A stretch of DNA of 24,000 nucleotides from Candidatus Jordarchaeia archaeon (GCA_029856435.1 JAHQXB010000022.1:25-24024); one strand, 5' to 3'; shown: positions 1 to 9,647, counted from the first letter of the stretch. Notes: generated from the letters alone by a model not told the origin. Program-made: numbers and translations.

Positions 1-309
1 TCTGCTTATGGAGCGGCCACGCGCCTTCAGAGTCACTTCCTTTTTTCCGTTATGGAAAAGAGTTATGCATGCTAAAACATAATTCATCACGGGTTTGGAA
101 CCTATGTAGATAGAGTTTTCTTCTGACCTGGTTGTTACCTCTTCAAGGCTTTTGGATTGGTTGCATTATCACTAAACGCCGTATATACCTATAAATAATA
201 AAGTTTTTGGTGACACTAAAAAAGTCGGAGGAATTCGTCCAGTCCTTGGCCGGTTTTCTCGTTTCCCTCTACCCCCATCTCCCATTTTCCGCTCACCCCC
301 AGCATCACT

Positions 310-835
310 CCCCGCCGTTGTAGAATGCGTCTAGGTCGGTCACGGCTATTTTCTCCTTCTCGTAGCTCAGGGTTTCTGGTTCTCCTTCTATACAGTAGTT
401 TTCGAGGGGGTCTATGTGGCTTTCCAGAGTATGCTGGGCTTGACGCCGTAGAATGCTTTGGTCTTCTCAACGCTGGAGTTAAGGTAGATGTAGGCTGCGA
501 TCGCCATTATCATCTTCTTGAACCTGAAGATAGTACTCTTGAAGGTGTTTGTGGATGGGTGCCTTTTTTCCGCATCTTTTGCATAGGAATGCTTATGTTC
601 AGGCTCCGTTTTGTCCATCCTTGACCGGGGGGAGCCGCAGAAGCGGCGCAGCAATCTTCTTGGTATCAGTATGGTGGTGTTGACTGCTTCTGGTATTAGG
701 GGTGGTGTTGATCTTCTTCACTACGTTCCAGCTTTTCTCCATCTCCTCATTTGGGGACGTGATTTCGATTTCGGGTGTTTGGGTTGAGACAGGTCTCAGG
801 TCTCCTTTTGGGGGTACATAAGTCGCCGTGGTTCA
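310..835 (-). pseudogene. degraded ORF, possibly transposase-derived
   Basis: Reverse-strand frames carry protein-like fragments broken by stops/frameshifts: 'FLCKRCGKKAPIHKHLQEYYLQ' (CxxC zinc-ribbon-like), 'FKKMIMAIAAYIYLNSSVEKTKAFYGVKPSILWKAT' (HTH-like), 'HIDPLENYCIEGEPETLSYEKEKIAVTDLDAFYNGGE*'. No intact frame spans them. Confidence 0.3.
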
Positions 836-990
836 TAACATCATCACCCTTATAACCCCCAACGAAAATATTCCTTTTGGGACACCATCACTCGCTAACC
901 GAAGGTGTTATTTTTATATTGTGAAAAAATATAAAATTAAAGACTTAACATAGTATATTGAACCTTCCTGATTTCTAAAAATTCTGGGTA

Positions 991-3048
991 ATGGTTAACA
1001 TGATTAAGGCGTTCCATATTCTTCTGAAGTCCGGTGAGCCCCTTTTCCATAGGGCTTATGGTAAGGAGCAGGTAGATGAATCGCTTTTTTCGGGGTTTCT
1101 AGGCGCTGTTTACAACTTTGCTAAGGAACTGGGCCATGGAGATATCAAGACTGTGGAGGTTGGCGATGCAAGGTTCGTATGCGAAGTTTCTGAGAACTTG
1201 ATTTTCGTGGCTGTTGTTGGGAAAGACGACGATGAGCAAGAACTCAAAAATTTTCTAGGCTTTGCTTCTAAAGCCTTTGTTAACCGCTTCAGGGAGGAAC
1301 TTAGAACATGGCGAGGAAATGTGGTTGTCTTTAGGCCATTTACCCAAGAGTTAGATCACTTGGTAGAAGATTATCAAATGAGGCGGCTCCCCGGTAAGGT
1401 TAAACTGGTGCCTTTTCTAAGAGATGCTTCTGGGGGGTCTTCAAGTTACCCCTTTGATGTGGAGATTGCCTCTGTTTTCTCTTTACTGGAAGATGCAAGA
1501 GGGCGTGGAGGGGGCTTTCTCTGGAAAAAGCCAGAGGAGGAGTTGAGGGGTATTGTAAGAGTTTTATGGCCTTTTTGGATAGTGCCTTTTGAGGATGGAG
1601 TCCGGGGAGTTATAGTGGATGCTATGAGTACGGCGTCCCTACAAATACGAACTAAACGTTACCCGGCTTTAGATAACGCTGATGATTTTCTCAAAATAAA
1701 TAGTGTAGATGTGTTTGTAAATTCTCTCGAGGATCTACTATTAGATTTAGAAAGTGAGAAATTGGAGGAATTTCCACTATATGGATTTTTAGCTCCAGAG
1801 TTAGTTAAAGATTTGGAGGTCAGCTTTTCTCAAGCGAGGTTGGGTGAGGCTAAGGATTATGTTGTAGTCCGCCCCCTTGTAAGTCGCACCCAGGCGGTTG
1901 AGAATAAAACTGTTTTTATGAAGTTAATTCAGGATTTGGAAATACGTTCTCAAAGGCTAATGGAAAAGGAAAATTTCTTAACATTAATAACTGAGAAATG
2001 GCTCAAGGTAATAAGTGAAAAGATGGTGGAGACCGGGGAAAGTTATAAAGTAAAAATAGAGGAAACCGTGAAGGATGTTGAGAAGCAGATTGGAATGCTC
2101 TTACAGCTAAGAGAAGAGGAACTAAAAAAGCTTGATGCTTGGTTTGCTGAAGCCGATAAGAATCTAATACTAGAAATAAAAGAATTGTTTGGTCCACTGA
2201 TTGAGGTTTTAGAAGATGTTGCGTTAAAATCCACCGAGGAGATAGAAAAAACAATCGATGAAAAAATTAGTGTGTTGGAAGTTATAGAGGGGAGAATTCA
2301 AAAATTAGCTAACGTTTCGGAGTATATGAATAAGATCAAGAAATTGATGGAGAACATTTCTAAGAGTATAAAGAAAATTGATTCAACTATTGAGAAAATA
2401 AACAAGAAAATAGAAGTTGACAAAAACTCTATTCTGCAGGACTTTGATAGGAAGATTATGGAACAAAGAAGCCGTGTAGACTTGCTGAAAGAAGAAGCAA
2501 AAGATGTCTTGGGCAAACAACAGATTTTAATGGGCAGAGTTAAATCTAAAATCCAGGAATTAAGTCAGCTGGTTCAACGTGAGCGCAAAGAAATCGGGCA
2601 TATCTTAAACCTTTTAAATTCGCTAATAGTTAAAATGCCGGACAAAATATTTTCCCCATCTCTATTTTATATTCCTCTCTACATTGGAAAATTCGAAGAT
2701 ACAAAGCAAGAAAGATTTTTTGTGGTGCCCCCATTAGTTCTGCTAAAATCGAACGAAGCTATTAGTTGTGATTTTGGGCAGAAAACACTCCCCTTAGATC
2801 TACCTAACCCTGCGTTTCTAGAAGCTGTAAAAGGAAAGGCTGAAACACTAATTAATGATAGTAAGGAACTAAAATTAGAAATTCAAAAGGGCCTTAAAAA
2901 AGCAAATCTAATAAATTCACAACAAGTAGAAACATGCGTTTACGAAGGCTTAAACAATCTATTACGCCTCAATATTCTTACTGAGAAGGACTTTCAAATT
3001 TTGAAAGCTAGAGCCAAAGAGGTTTTTAGGACGGAGGAGAGAATTTAA
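991..3048 (+). CDS. longin-like N-terminal domain plus long coiled-coil protein (685 aa)
   Basis: Long intact ORF. The N-terminus 'MIKAFHILLKSGEPLFHRAYG...LFSGFLGAVYNFAKELG' resembles archaeal longin/roadblock-type small domains. The middle is strongly heptad-rich ('KIKKLMENISKSIKKIDSTIEKINKKIEVDK...'). Start may be ATG 1000. Confidence 0.75.
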   Translation: MVNMIKAFHILLKSGEPLFHRAYGKEQVDESLFSGFLGAVYNFAKELGHGDIKTVEVGDARFVCEVSENLIFVAVVGKDDDEQELKNFLGFASKAFVNRFREELRTWRGNVVVFRPFTQELDHLVEDYQMRRLPGKVKLVPFLRDASGGSSSYPFDVEIASVFSLLEDARGRGGGFLWKKPEEELRGIVRVLWPFWIVPFEDGVRGVIVDAMSTASLQIRTKRYPALDNADDFLKINSVDVFVNSLEDLLLDLESEKLEEFPLYGFLAPELVKDLEVSFSQARLGEAKDYVVVRPLVSRTQAVENKTVFMKLIQDLEIRSQRLMEKENFLTLITEKWLKVISEKMVETGESYKVKIEETVKDVEKQIGMLLQLREEELKKLDAWFAEADKNLILEIKELFGPLIEVLEDVALKSTEEIEKTIDEKISVLEVIEGRIQKLANVSEYMNKIKKLMENISKSIKKIDSTIEKINKKIEVDKNSILQDFDRKIMEQRSRVDLLKEEAKDVLGKQQILMGRVKSKIQELSQLVQRERKEIGHILNLLNSLIVKMPDKIFSPSLFYIPLYIGKFEDTKQERFFVVPPLVLLKSNEAISCDFGQKTLPLDLPNPAFLEAVKGKAETLINDSKELKLEIQKGLKKANLINSQQVETCVYEGLNNLLRLNILTEKDFQILKARAKEVFRTEERI

Positions 3049-3058
3049 AAAATAAAAT

Positions 3059-4171
3059 TTAACCAATCAGTTCATATATTGTTGTTCTCTGAACTGGGAT
3101 CCGTCCACAGTCTTTGATGAGGGCTATTATAGTTTCGGGGGGAAGATACTCTCCACTGGGGGATCCAGCTATTTTTGAAATATTTTCCTCAATTAATGTT
3201 CCGCCGAAATCATTTGCGCCCGCGTTTAAGCAGAACTGGGCGAATTTTGTGCCAAGCTTAACCCAGCTCACCTGGATATTATTTATTAATCCGTCAAACA
3301 TTAAGCGGGAAATAGCATAAACTTTTACGTCTTCCATGCCTGTGGCGCCTGGCCGGGAGGAAAAATTCTTGTAGAGCTCTGTTTGTTGGTGAATGAAGCT
3401 GAGTGGAACAAATTCTGTGAATCCCTTGGTTCTTTTCTGTATATTTCTTAAAATATCCATATGGACTGCCTTGTCTCTACTGCTTTCTATATGCCCATAC
3501 ATCATAGTGCTTGAGGTCAATATTCCTAACCTATGGGCTTCCTCAATAATCTTAATCCATTCCTTTACTGATATTTTCGTGGGGCAAATCACTTCCCTAA
3601 CTTTATCCACTAATATTTCTGCCGCTGTTCCGGGCATAGAGTTTAATCCCGCTTCCTTTAGAATCTTTAAGACTTCACATGTGCTTAACCCTTCCTTTCT
3701 TGCAGCGTGGTGTATCTCCATTGGGCTGAAGGCGTGAATGTGTATGTCTGGGCTAACCCTTCTCACTGCCTTTATTATTTCTAGGTATAAGTCGAGGGTT
3801 GCTTCTGGATGCAGTCCACCTTGAATGCAAACTTCGGTGGCTCTCATATTTATTGCTTCGCGGGTTTTGTTTTCAATCTCTTTTGTTGATAAAAGAAATT
3901 GGTTCGGAGAATCTTTATCTTCCCTAAATGCGCAAAAACGGCATCTATTGACACACACATTTGTAAAGTTAATGTTTCGATTTATAACATAAGTTACAAT
4001 GTCACCCACAGCTCTCCTTCTAATCTGATCCGCGACAAGGATTAAGGCTAGAAACTCTTGGCCAGTGCAATTGAACAGGAGTTCTGCTTCGTCTATCGAG
4101 GGAGGGTGCCCATCTATGGCTCTTTGAAGTATGTGGGAAACTTCCCCATTTATGTTATCTAGCAAATTCAA
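3059..4171 (-). CDS. cofH: CofH, 5-amino-6-(D-ribitylamino)uracil--L-tyrosine 4-hydroxyphenyl transferase (F420 biosynthesis)
   Basis: Radical SAM motif 'CVNRCRFCAF', CofH-like body ('EVCIQGGLHPEATLDLYLEIIKAV', 'HAFSPMEI', 'LNSMPGTAAEILVDKVR'). TTG start overlaps the cofG stop. Confidence 0.93.
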   Translation of the reverse strand: MNLLDNINGEVSHILQRAIDGHPPSIDEAELLFNCTGQEFLALILVADQIRRRAVGDIVTYVINRNINFTNVCVNRCRFCAFREDKDSPNQFLLSTKEIENKTREAINMRATEVCIQGGLHPEATLDLYLEIIKAVRRVSPDIHIHAFSPMEIHHAARKEGLSTCEVLKILKEAGLNSMPGTAAEILVDKVREVICPTKISVKEWIKIIEEAHRLGILTSSTMMYGHIESSRDKAVHMDILRNIQKRTKGFTEFVPLSFIHQQTELYKNFSSRPGATGMEDVKVYAISRLMFDGLINNIQVSWVKLGTKFAQFCLNAGANDFGGTLIEENISKIAGSPSGEYLPPETIIALIKDCGRIPVQRTTIYELIG

Positions 4172-5304
4172 TTTTCACACTTCCTGTAACCTTTTTCGTC
4201 TGCCAATTCGTGGATGAGGGGGGCAATTTTACCAGAAACATAGCCTTTTTGTATATATTTCGGATAAATTGGTAATCTTTCTACCAGTCTGAAGTTATTT
4301 TCTCTAGTTACTTTTTCAAGCTTTTGCCTTGTTGGCCAGGGATGATTTGGATTAATTTCATCTGAAGTTACTGGTGAGATTCCTCCCCAGTCATTCATCC
4401 CCGATGTTAGTAGCTCACATTCACGTCCAATGTTTAAATTTGGGGGAATCTGAATGCTTACTTCACCCCTAAAAACTAATCGCGTAATAGCAGCGGTTAG
4501 CATAACATCACTCAAACTTGGCGGCGGCACCTTTTCCATGGGTGTGCCCGGTATCGGAGTGAAATTCTGAACTATTATTTCCTGTATGTGGCCATATTTT
4601 TCATGGAGCTTTTTTAAGGTGAATATACTCTCTATTCTTTCCTTAACTGTTTCCCCTATTCCCAGAAGGATGCCGGTCGTGAAGGGCACCTTCAACTCTC
4701 CCGCGTATTTTATAGTTTTGATTCTGCTCTCAGGTAATTTTCCTGGACTATGCTCATGCGGTCCGCCCGCTCCACACAGTCTCTCACTACAATTTTCCAA
4801 CATGAGGCCCATACTGGCATTCACCTGTTTCAGCTTCTCAATCTCACTCTTCTCCAAGATTCCCGGATTGCTGTGAGGAAGCAATCCCACATCTAGTGCC
4901 GCCAGACAAAGATCGTAGAGATAATCCACCATTGAGGAGTATCCCCACTCCTCAAGTAAATTTCTAACTTCGGGATACTTTTCTTCAGGTTTCTCCCCGA
5001 AGGTGAAGAGGGCTTCAGTGCACCCCGCCTTTTTTCCCCTAATTAAGAGATTTTCTACTTCTTCGGGGCTCATAATCCTTGCAAGCGGATCCCCCGGTTC
5101 CCTTCGAAAACCACAATAACTGCAACGGTTTCTACAATAATTGGTTAGGGGAATAAAAACGTTTAGAGAAAATGTTACAATGTCACCATAATACCTTTTC
5201 CTTATTCTATTAGCCACATCACATATAGCCCGAAGATTTTTTTCACTTGATAGACTTAGTGCTTCCTCAAATGTTAAGTCCTCGAAATCAATATTCTTAA
5301 ACAC
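4168..5304 (-). CDS. cofG: CofG, 7,8-didemethyl-8-hydroxy-5-deazariboflavin synthase
   Basis: Radical SAM motif 'CRNRCSYCGFRREPG', 'EALFTFGEKPEE', 'TTGILLGIGET', 'NFTPIPGTPM'. Adjacent to and overlapping cofH. GTG start. Confidence 0.93.
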   Translation of the reverse strand: MFKNIDFEDLTFEEALSLSSEKNLRAICDVANRIRKRYYGDIVTFSLNVFIPLTNYCRNRCSYCGFRREPGDPLARIMSPEEVENLLIRGKKAGCTEALFTFGEKPEEKYPEVRNLLEEWGYSSMVDYLYDLCLAALDVGLLPHSNPGILEKSEIEKLKQVNASMGLMLENCSERLCGAGGPHEHSPGKLPESRIKTIKYAGELKVPFTTGILLGIGETVKERIESIFTLKKLHEKYGHIQEIIVQNFTPIPGTPMEKVPPPSLSDVMLTAAITRLVFRGEVSIQIPPNLNIGRECELLTSGMNDWGGISPVTSDEINPNHPWPTRQKLEKVTRENNFRLVERLPIYPKYIQKGYVSGKIAPLIHELADEKGYRKCEN

Positions 5305-5345
5305 GACCCAAGCCTTCCTTGATTTGTAAATATTAGTTGAATCTG

Positions 5346-6485
5346 CTATAGGGAGAGAGTATTTTTCTTTTTGGCGGATGGGAAGGAGCCCATTATTTTT
5401 ACCTCTCCGGCGATTTTTCTAATATTTATTATTGCCTCCTTAACCTTTGGGTCTTTTCTGTGGCCTTCCAAATCCACAAAAAATATGTAGTCTCCTAAAA
5501 CTCTTTTTGAGGGTCTAGACTCGATTCTTGTAAGGTTGATGTTTCTTTCTTTGAACTGCTCTAAAACTTCGCATAAAGCACCGGGTCTATCCTGCAATAG
5601 AAATATGGCTATGGAGGTTTTATCTTGGCCTGTGGGTTCAGTGTCTTCGGGGGCTATGACTGCGAACCGGGTTTCATTGGTTTGTTCATCCTGTATTCCC
5701 TCGGCGAGCACAGTCATTCCATAAAGTTTTGCGGCTGCTAGGCTACCGATGGCCGCTATGTTTGTGTCTTCTTCTTCTGCAACCATCTTAACCGCCTCTG
5801 CGGTGCTAAGAGTTTCATAGAGATGTGCATGTGGTAGCTTTTTGGCTAGAAATGTTCTACACTGGGCCAAAGCTTGTGGATGAGAGTAAACCTTCGTTAT
5901 TTTGTCAAGGCTTATTTTTTCTTTTGAAATTAAATTGTGTACCACGGGTAGGATGATTTCTCCACAAATCTTTGCCTCGCTTCGAGCTAAGAGGTCCAGG
6001 GTTATCGTTACACTGCCTTCCACCGAATTTTCAATGGGGATGATTCCAATGTCCACATGTTTATTTTCCACAGCAGATATAATACTTGCAATTGTTGACA
6101 TGGGAATTAGTTCCGCTTCGGTTCCCGTTGCGTATTTTAGGGCGGCTTCTTCTGTGAAGGTTCCACGTGGGGATAAATAAGCAATTTTTTTGACTTCGCC
6201 CCTCACCTCGCCTTCCGTTCTTCTTCCATACTCAATGATTTCAAGGAAAATCTTATTCACAAAACTGGGATCCAAGCCCATTTCGACTGCCCTTTTTTCA
6301 CTATTGGCAATTACTTGTGTTTCCCTTTTCTGGTCTCTAATCTTCAATTTCAAACTTGACTTTACTTTGGCTAGCTCCCTGATCTTATCTCTTCTCTGGG
6401 CTAAGAGCTCCACTATCTGTGAATCGATTTCGTCTATTTTCTTCCTAATGGTTACCAACTTATCTTCATAATTTTTTGATGTCAC
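5346..6485 (-). CDS. pheA: bifunctional chorismate mutase / prephenate dehydratase with ACT domain
   Basis: N-terminal chorismate mutase helix ('IRKKIDEIDSQIVELLAQRRDKI...VKSSLKLKIRD'), PDT motifs ('YLSPRGTFTEEAA', 'GIIPIENSVEGSV', 'YSHPQALAQCR', 'NETRFAVIA'), ACT 'DRPGALCEVLEQFKERNINLTRIESRP'. Confidence 0.94.
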   Translation of the reverse strand: MTSKNYEDKLVTIRKKIDEIDSQIVELLAQRRDKIRELAKVKSSLKLKIRDQKRETQVIANSEKRAVEMGLDPSFVNKIFLEIIEYGRRTEGEVRGEVKKIAYLSPRGTFTEEAALKYATGTEAELIPMSTIASIISAVENKHVDIGIIPIENSVEGSVTITLDLLARSEAKICGEIILPVVHNLISKEKISLDKITKVYSHPQALAQCRTFLAKKLPHAHLYETLSTAEAVKMVAEEEDTNIAAIGSLAAAKLYGMTVLAEGIQDEQTNETRFAVIAPEDTEPTGQDKTSIAIFLLQDRPGALCEVLEQFKERNINLTRIESRPSKRVLGDYIFFVDLEGHRKDPKVKEAIINIRKIAGEVKIMGSFPSAKKKNTLSL

Positions 6486-6654
6486 TTCTCACACCAATCT
6501 GCGACTTAAGAATGCAGATTACTTTTTTAGATTTATAACTTTCTGTTAGGTAGTATTGGGACTTGCAAAACCAATATATTGTCCTTTGAGTCTCTTTTTA
6601 ATATTAAAAAATTTAAATCCTTTGACCTATTTCCGGAATTTACGGTGCCTTACT

Positions 6655-7437
6655 ATGTGTAAATTGTTAGCCTTATCTGGTAGTAGTGAAGAAGACAACA
6701 AAGGTATTTTGGAAGCTTTTGTTAAAAAATTTGGGTCTACAAATCCAGATGGTTGGGGAATGGCCTATCTGGACGAATCAACTGGACTATACCGTATCAA
6801 AAAGGTTTACCATAGGGACCGACGACGGTTGGAGGAGGCTTTCTTCCGTGATTTAGGAGAGGTAAAAACCAGGTCGTTAATTGCTCATTTACGAAAGGCA
6901 TCAATCGGTCGGAAGAGTCAAGAGAACTGCCATCCCTTCGAAGGATACATAGATAACCACCAATTTATCTTTGTACATAATGGTAGTGTGTGGCCCAGAA
7001 GAGTTCTTGAATCTAAACTGGTTAACCATAAACCAGAATCTGATGATCCCACTGATTCAGAACTGGTTTTCTGCTACATCATGGAAGTTTTAGAAGAAAG
7101 GGGTGTCAATCTGAACTCGTGGCGGGATATAGTTGAAACTATAAATAGTGTAGTTTTAAGCATCCGCTCGGAGGCCCTTATTACTAAATTTAATTTCATA
7201 CTCGCCGATAAAAGTTACATATACTGCTACAACTGGGGTGAACTCCAATATTCACTAATTGAGGAAAGCACTAATAGCAAACTTCCCAACGAAACATTCT
7301 CCCCCAGTAATGGAAAATTTTTAGTGTGCAGTAGACCTCTAATGGAACCCCCTTCTTGGAACTCCATACCCCCAAAAACCATTTTGGTTCTACGAGAGGG
7401 AAAAATACAATTCTCAAGCAAAAATACTAGATTCTAG
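6655..7437 (+). CDS. class II (Ntn-type) glutamine amidotransferase family protein
   Basis: The ATG at 6655 places Cys as residue 2 ('MCKLLALSG'), as required for an N-terminal nucleophile. Also 'NPDGWGMAY', 'LIAHLRKAS.G...ENCHPF', 'FVHNGSV'. The longer upstream start (6556) in the ORF track would bury the nucleophile. Confidence 0.88.
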   Translation: MCKLLALSGSSEEDNKGILEAFVKKFGSTNPDGWGMAYLDESTGLYRIKKVYHRDRRRLEEAFFRDLGEVKTRSLIAHLRKASIGRKSQENCHPFEGYIDNHQFIFVHNGSVWPRRVLESKLVNHKPESDDPTDSELVFCYIMEVLEERGVNLNSWRDIVETINSVVLSIRSEALITKFNFILADKSYIYCYNWGELQYSLIEESTNSKLPNETFSPSNGKFLVCSRPLMEPPSWNSIPPKTILVLREGKIQFSSKNTRF

Positions 7438-7566
7438 GTAGCTAATTTTTAAATTAAACCCAAATATATATAATTGTAAAATGTACTCATAACAATTAAT
7501 TTAGATTTAATGATAATTGGTTATTTAAAAAAGAGACCAAGTTTCCATGAAGCATTATCCGTTTTT

Positions 7567-7572
7567 GGAGGG
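7567..7572 (+). promoter_or_regulatory. Shine-Dalgarno-like GGAGGG upstream of TTG start at 7581
   Basis: 'tttttggagggtaacccaaTTGaaagca': purine-rich SD sequence at suitable spacing. Confidence 0.6.
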
Positions 7573-7580
7573 TAACCCAA

Positions 7581-8873
7581 TTGAAAGCACTAATACTTGC
7601 GGGCGGAACGGGTAAAAGGCTCTTCCCCTTAACAGAGACTCTTCCCAAAGCCATGATTCCACTGGCTGGGAAACCGGTGCTGGAGTATGTTATAGAATAC
7701 TTGGTTCACACCAACTTGAATGACATCATCATTGTGGTGGGACCTAAAAAGGAGCAAATTTGTGATTACTTCTCAACAGGTAAGGATTTCGGGGCAAATA
7801 TTTCGTATGTAGAGCAAAAGAGACCAGTGGGAGTGGAGGACGCAATTCTCACCGCTCTACCAGTGTTGGAAAAAGAGGAGGAATTCCTAATTGTTCATTC
7901 TGATTTTGTTGCCTCCAGCGAAATAATCCGTAGAGCTATAGAATATCATAAGGGTTTAGATTCCGATGCCACTATTGTGATTACCTTGGTTGACGATCCT
8001 GCCCTTTATGGTGCGGTGGAAATTGATGAAAACGCGAGAATTAAGAGAATTATTGAGAAGCCTAAAAAAGAGGAGGCCCCAAGCAACTATGCTGCAGCAG
8101 GAGTTTATGTCTTTAGGGGGGAGTTCCTAAAGAAATTGGAGGAAACAAAGAGATTTGACGTGGCTGTCCAATTAATGATAGAGGAGGATAAAACGGTTTA
8201 TGGTATGGTTTGGGAAAAGGATTGGATTGAGATAACCTATCCTTGGGATATTCTAAAGGCTAACAGATTCGTTCTGGCCCAAAGGCTTAAAGGTAAGGGC
8301 TCTTTTATTGCAGAAAGCGCGCAGATTGATAGCACTGCCAAAATAGAGGCTCCGGTTTGGATTTGTGACGACGTGATAATAAGGCCTCGCGCGGTCATAA
8401 GAGGCCCCTGTTTCATTGGTCCAGACAGTTTTATTGGTGATGGAGCCCTAATAAGAGACCACACCTCAATAGGTAAGCATGTTTCCATAGGGTTCGGAGT
8501 AGAAATAAAAAATAGTTTAATACTTGACAACTCCTCTGTTGGAAGATTAAGTTATATTGGCGAGAGTATAATAGGAAGATCAGTTAAAATCGGGGCGGGA
8601 ACTCAGACGTGGAATATTAAAATGAGGGGAGGCCCCCCAATAGAAATGAATATTGATGATAAAAAAGTTCCAGTACCCGCAGAACGGTTCGGTGCTATTA
8701 TAGGGGAGAATGCTGAAATAAGCATTAACGTTTCAATATTTCCAGGCAAAAAGATTGGCGCAGGGTCAACGGTATTCCCCGGAGTGATAGTTGAAGAAGA
8801 CGTTCCCTCAAATGCGGAGGTAAGAGCCAAACAAGAAATTAAAATCGTTACAAAAAAAGATTCTAAACTATAA
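7581..8873 (+). CDS. bifunctional sugar-1-phosphate nucleotidyltransferase / acyltransferase (GlmU-like)
   Basis: N-terminal 'MKALILAGGTGKRLFPLTETLPKAMIPLAGKPVLEY', C-terminal left-handed beta-helix hexapeptide repeats ('AQIDSTAKIEAPVWICDDVIIRPRAVIRGPCFIG'). TTG start. Confidence 0.93.
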   Translation: MKALILAGGTGKRLFPLTETLPKAMIPLAGKPVLEYVIEYLVHTNLNDIIIVVGPKKEQICDYFSTGKDFGANISYVEQKRPVGVEDAILTALPVLEKEEEFLIVHSDFVASSEIIRRAIEYHKGLDSDATIVITLVDDPALYGAVEIDENARIKRIIEKPKKEEAPSNYAAAGVYVFRGEFLKKLEETKRFDVAVQLMIEEDKTVYGMVWEKDWIEITYPWDILKANRFVLAQRLKGKGSFIAESAQIDSTAKIEAPVWICDDVIIRPRAVIRGPCFIGPDSFIGDGALIRDHTSIGKHVSIGFGVEIKNSLILDNSSVGRLSYIGESIIGRSVKIGAGTQTWNIKMRGGPPIEMNIDDKKVPVPAERFGAIIGENAEISINVSIFPGKKIGAGSTVFPGVIVEEDVPSNAEVRAKQEIKIVTKKDSKL

Positions 8874-8881
8874 AGGTATTT

Positions 8882-9502
8882 GTGATGTTTATGTTGGAGG
8901 CTTTTTACCAAAAATTAGATGAAGACATTAAAACTGCTAATGATTTGGAGAAGAGGGGAGATTTTAGAGCTGCGGCGAAACTTTGGATTGAGATAGCTGA
9001 ATACTGCTTAAAATTTGCTAGATCTGAATATGCTTCCGAGGAAATTAGAAAAAACCTTATTGAGAGGTCTGAAGGCTATATTGAGCATGCAAAAATGCTA
9101 AAAATTAGACCAGCACCCTTAAAGGGCTCCATAGAAAAAAGCTCCCCGGCAATAGATTATTTGGAAAAAGCTTTGGATGATAAGATTAGGGCTGATAAAC
9201 AGTGGGTAGCCCTTGACTTAAACTCGTACATAATAACTATGTTTGGTGTAATTGAAAAGCTGCTCTACCATGTTTACATCTCCAAAACGGGTAATCTTCC
9301 TCATTTCGAAGAAACATTTACTTCTCTTGTTAAATGGGCCTACCGGGAAGGAATTATTAGTGATCATCCCGACAATATTGAATTCGTTAGGCTCCTTTAC
9401 GAAAAATTATCCAAAAAATCGCAAAAAATAACTAGTGAACAGGCTATGGAAGCAAGAGAAATAATGGAGCGAGTGTACAAAGAGTTATGCGAAAACCTAT
9501 AG
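8882..9502 (+). CDS. MIT-domain-like protein with C-terminal helical (possibly HEPN-like) region
   Basis: 206-aa ORF, 8 nt after the preceding gene. Three-helix MIT-like pattern 'IKTANDLEKRGDFRAAAKLWIEIAEYCLKFARSEYASEEIRKNLIERSEGYIEHAKMLK'. The C-terminal half is helical and of unknown assignment. Confidence 0.6.
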   Translation: MMFMLEAFYQKLDEDIKTANDLEKRGDFRAAAKLWIEIAEYCLKFARSEYASEEIRKNLIERSEGYIEHAKMLKIRPAPLKGSIEKSSPAIDYLEKALDDKIRADKQWVALDLNSYIITMFGVIEKLLYHVYISKTGNLPHFEETFTSLVKWAYREGIISDHPDNIEFVRLLYEKLSKKSQKITSEQAMEAREIMERVYKELCENL

Positions 9503-9647
9503 ATTTTCTCATTAATTTTTTTCCTAAACCTCTCCTTAACCAAGGTTATTTTAGGCTTCCTTCCCCCAAAAAAGGTGAAAAAACCACATTTTCTGGAAGT
9601 GAAAAGGAAAAATTAACTGGAGAGTCTACATTACTTTCATATGCCTT

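Noticed and set aside
1-34. Possible minus-strand gene starting at a GTG near position 34 and running off the left edge ('[12 protein letters not shown]')
   Set aside because: Only about 11 codons are visible, too little to support a call.
325-624. Plus-strand ORF 325..624 (99 aa) and minus ORFs 216..470 and 412..654
   Set aside because: No recognisable domain. They overlap one another antisense, and the composition fits a degraded reverse-strand gene better than intact small genes.
2003-2516. Minus-strand ORFs 2003..2254, 2043..2234 and 2298..2516
   Set aside because: Antisense shadows of the coiled-coil region of the 991..3048 gene.
3114-6471. Plus-strand ORFs 3114..3320, 3393..3737, 4586..4876, 5536..5724, 5902..6180, 6190..6471
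   Set aside because: Antisense to confidently identified cofH, cofG and pheA.
7227-8911. Minus-strand ORFs 7227..7421, 8237..8530 and 8603..8911
   Set aside because: Antisense to the glutamine amidotransferase and nucleotidyltransferase genes, with no domain support.
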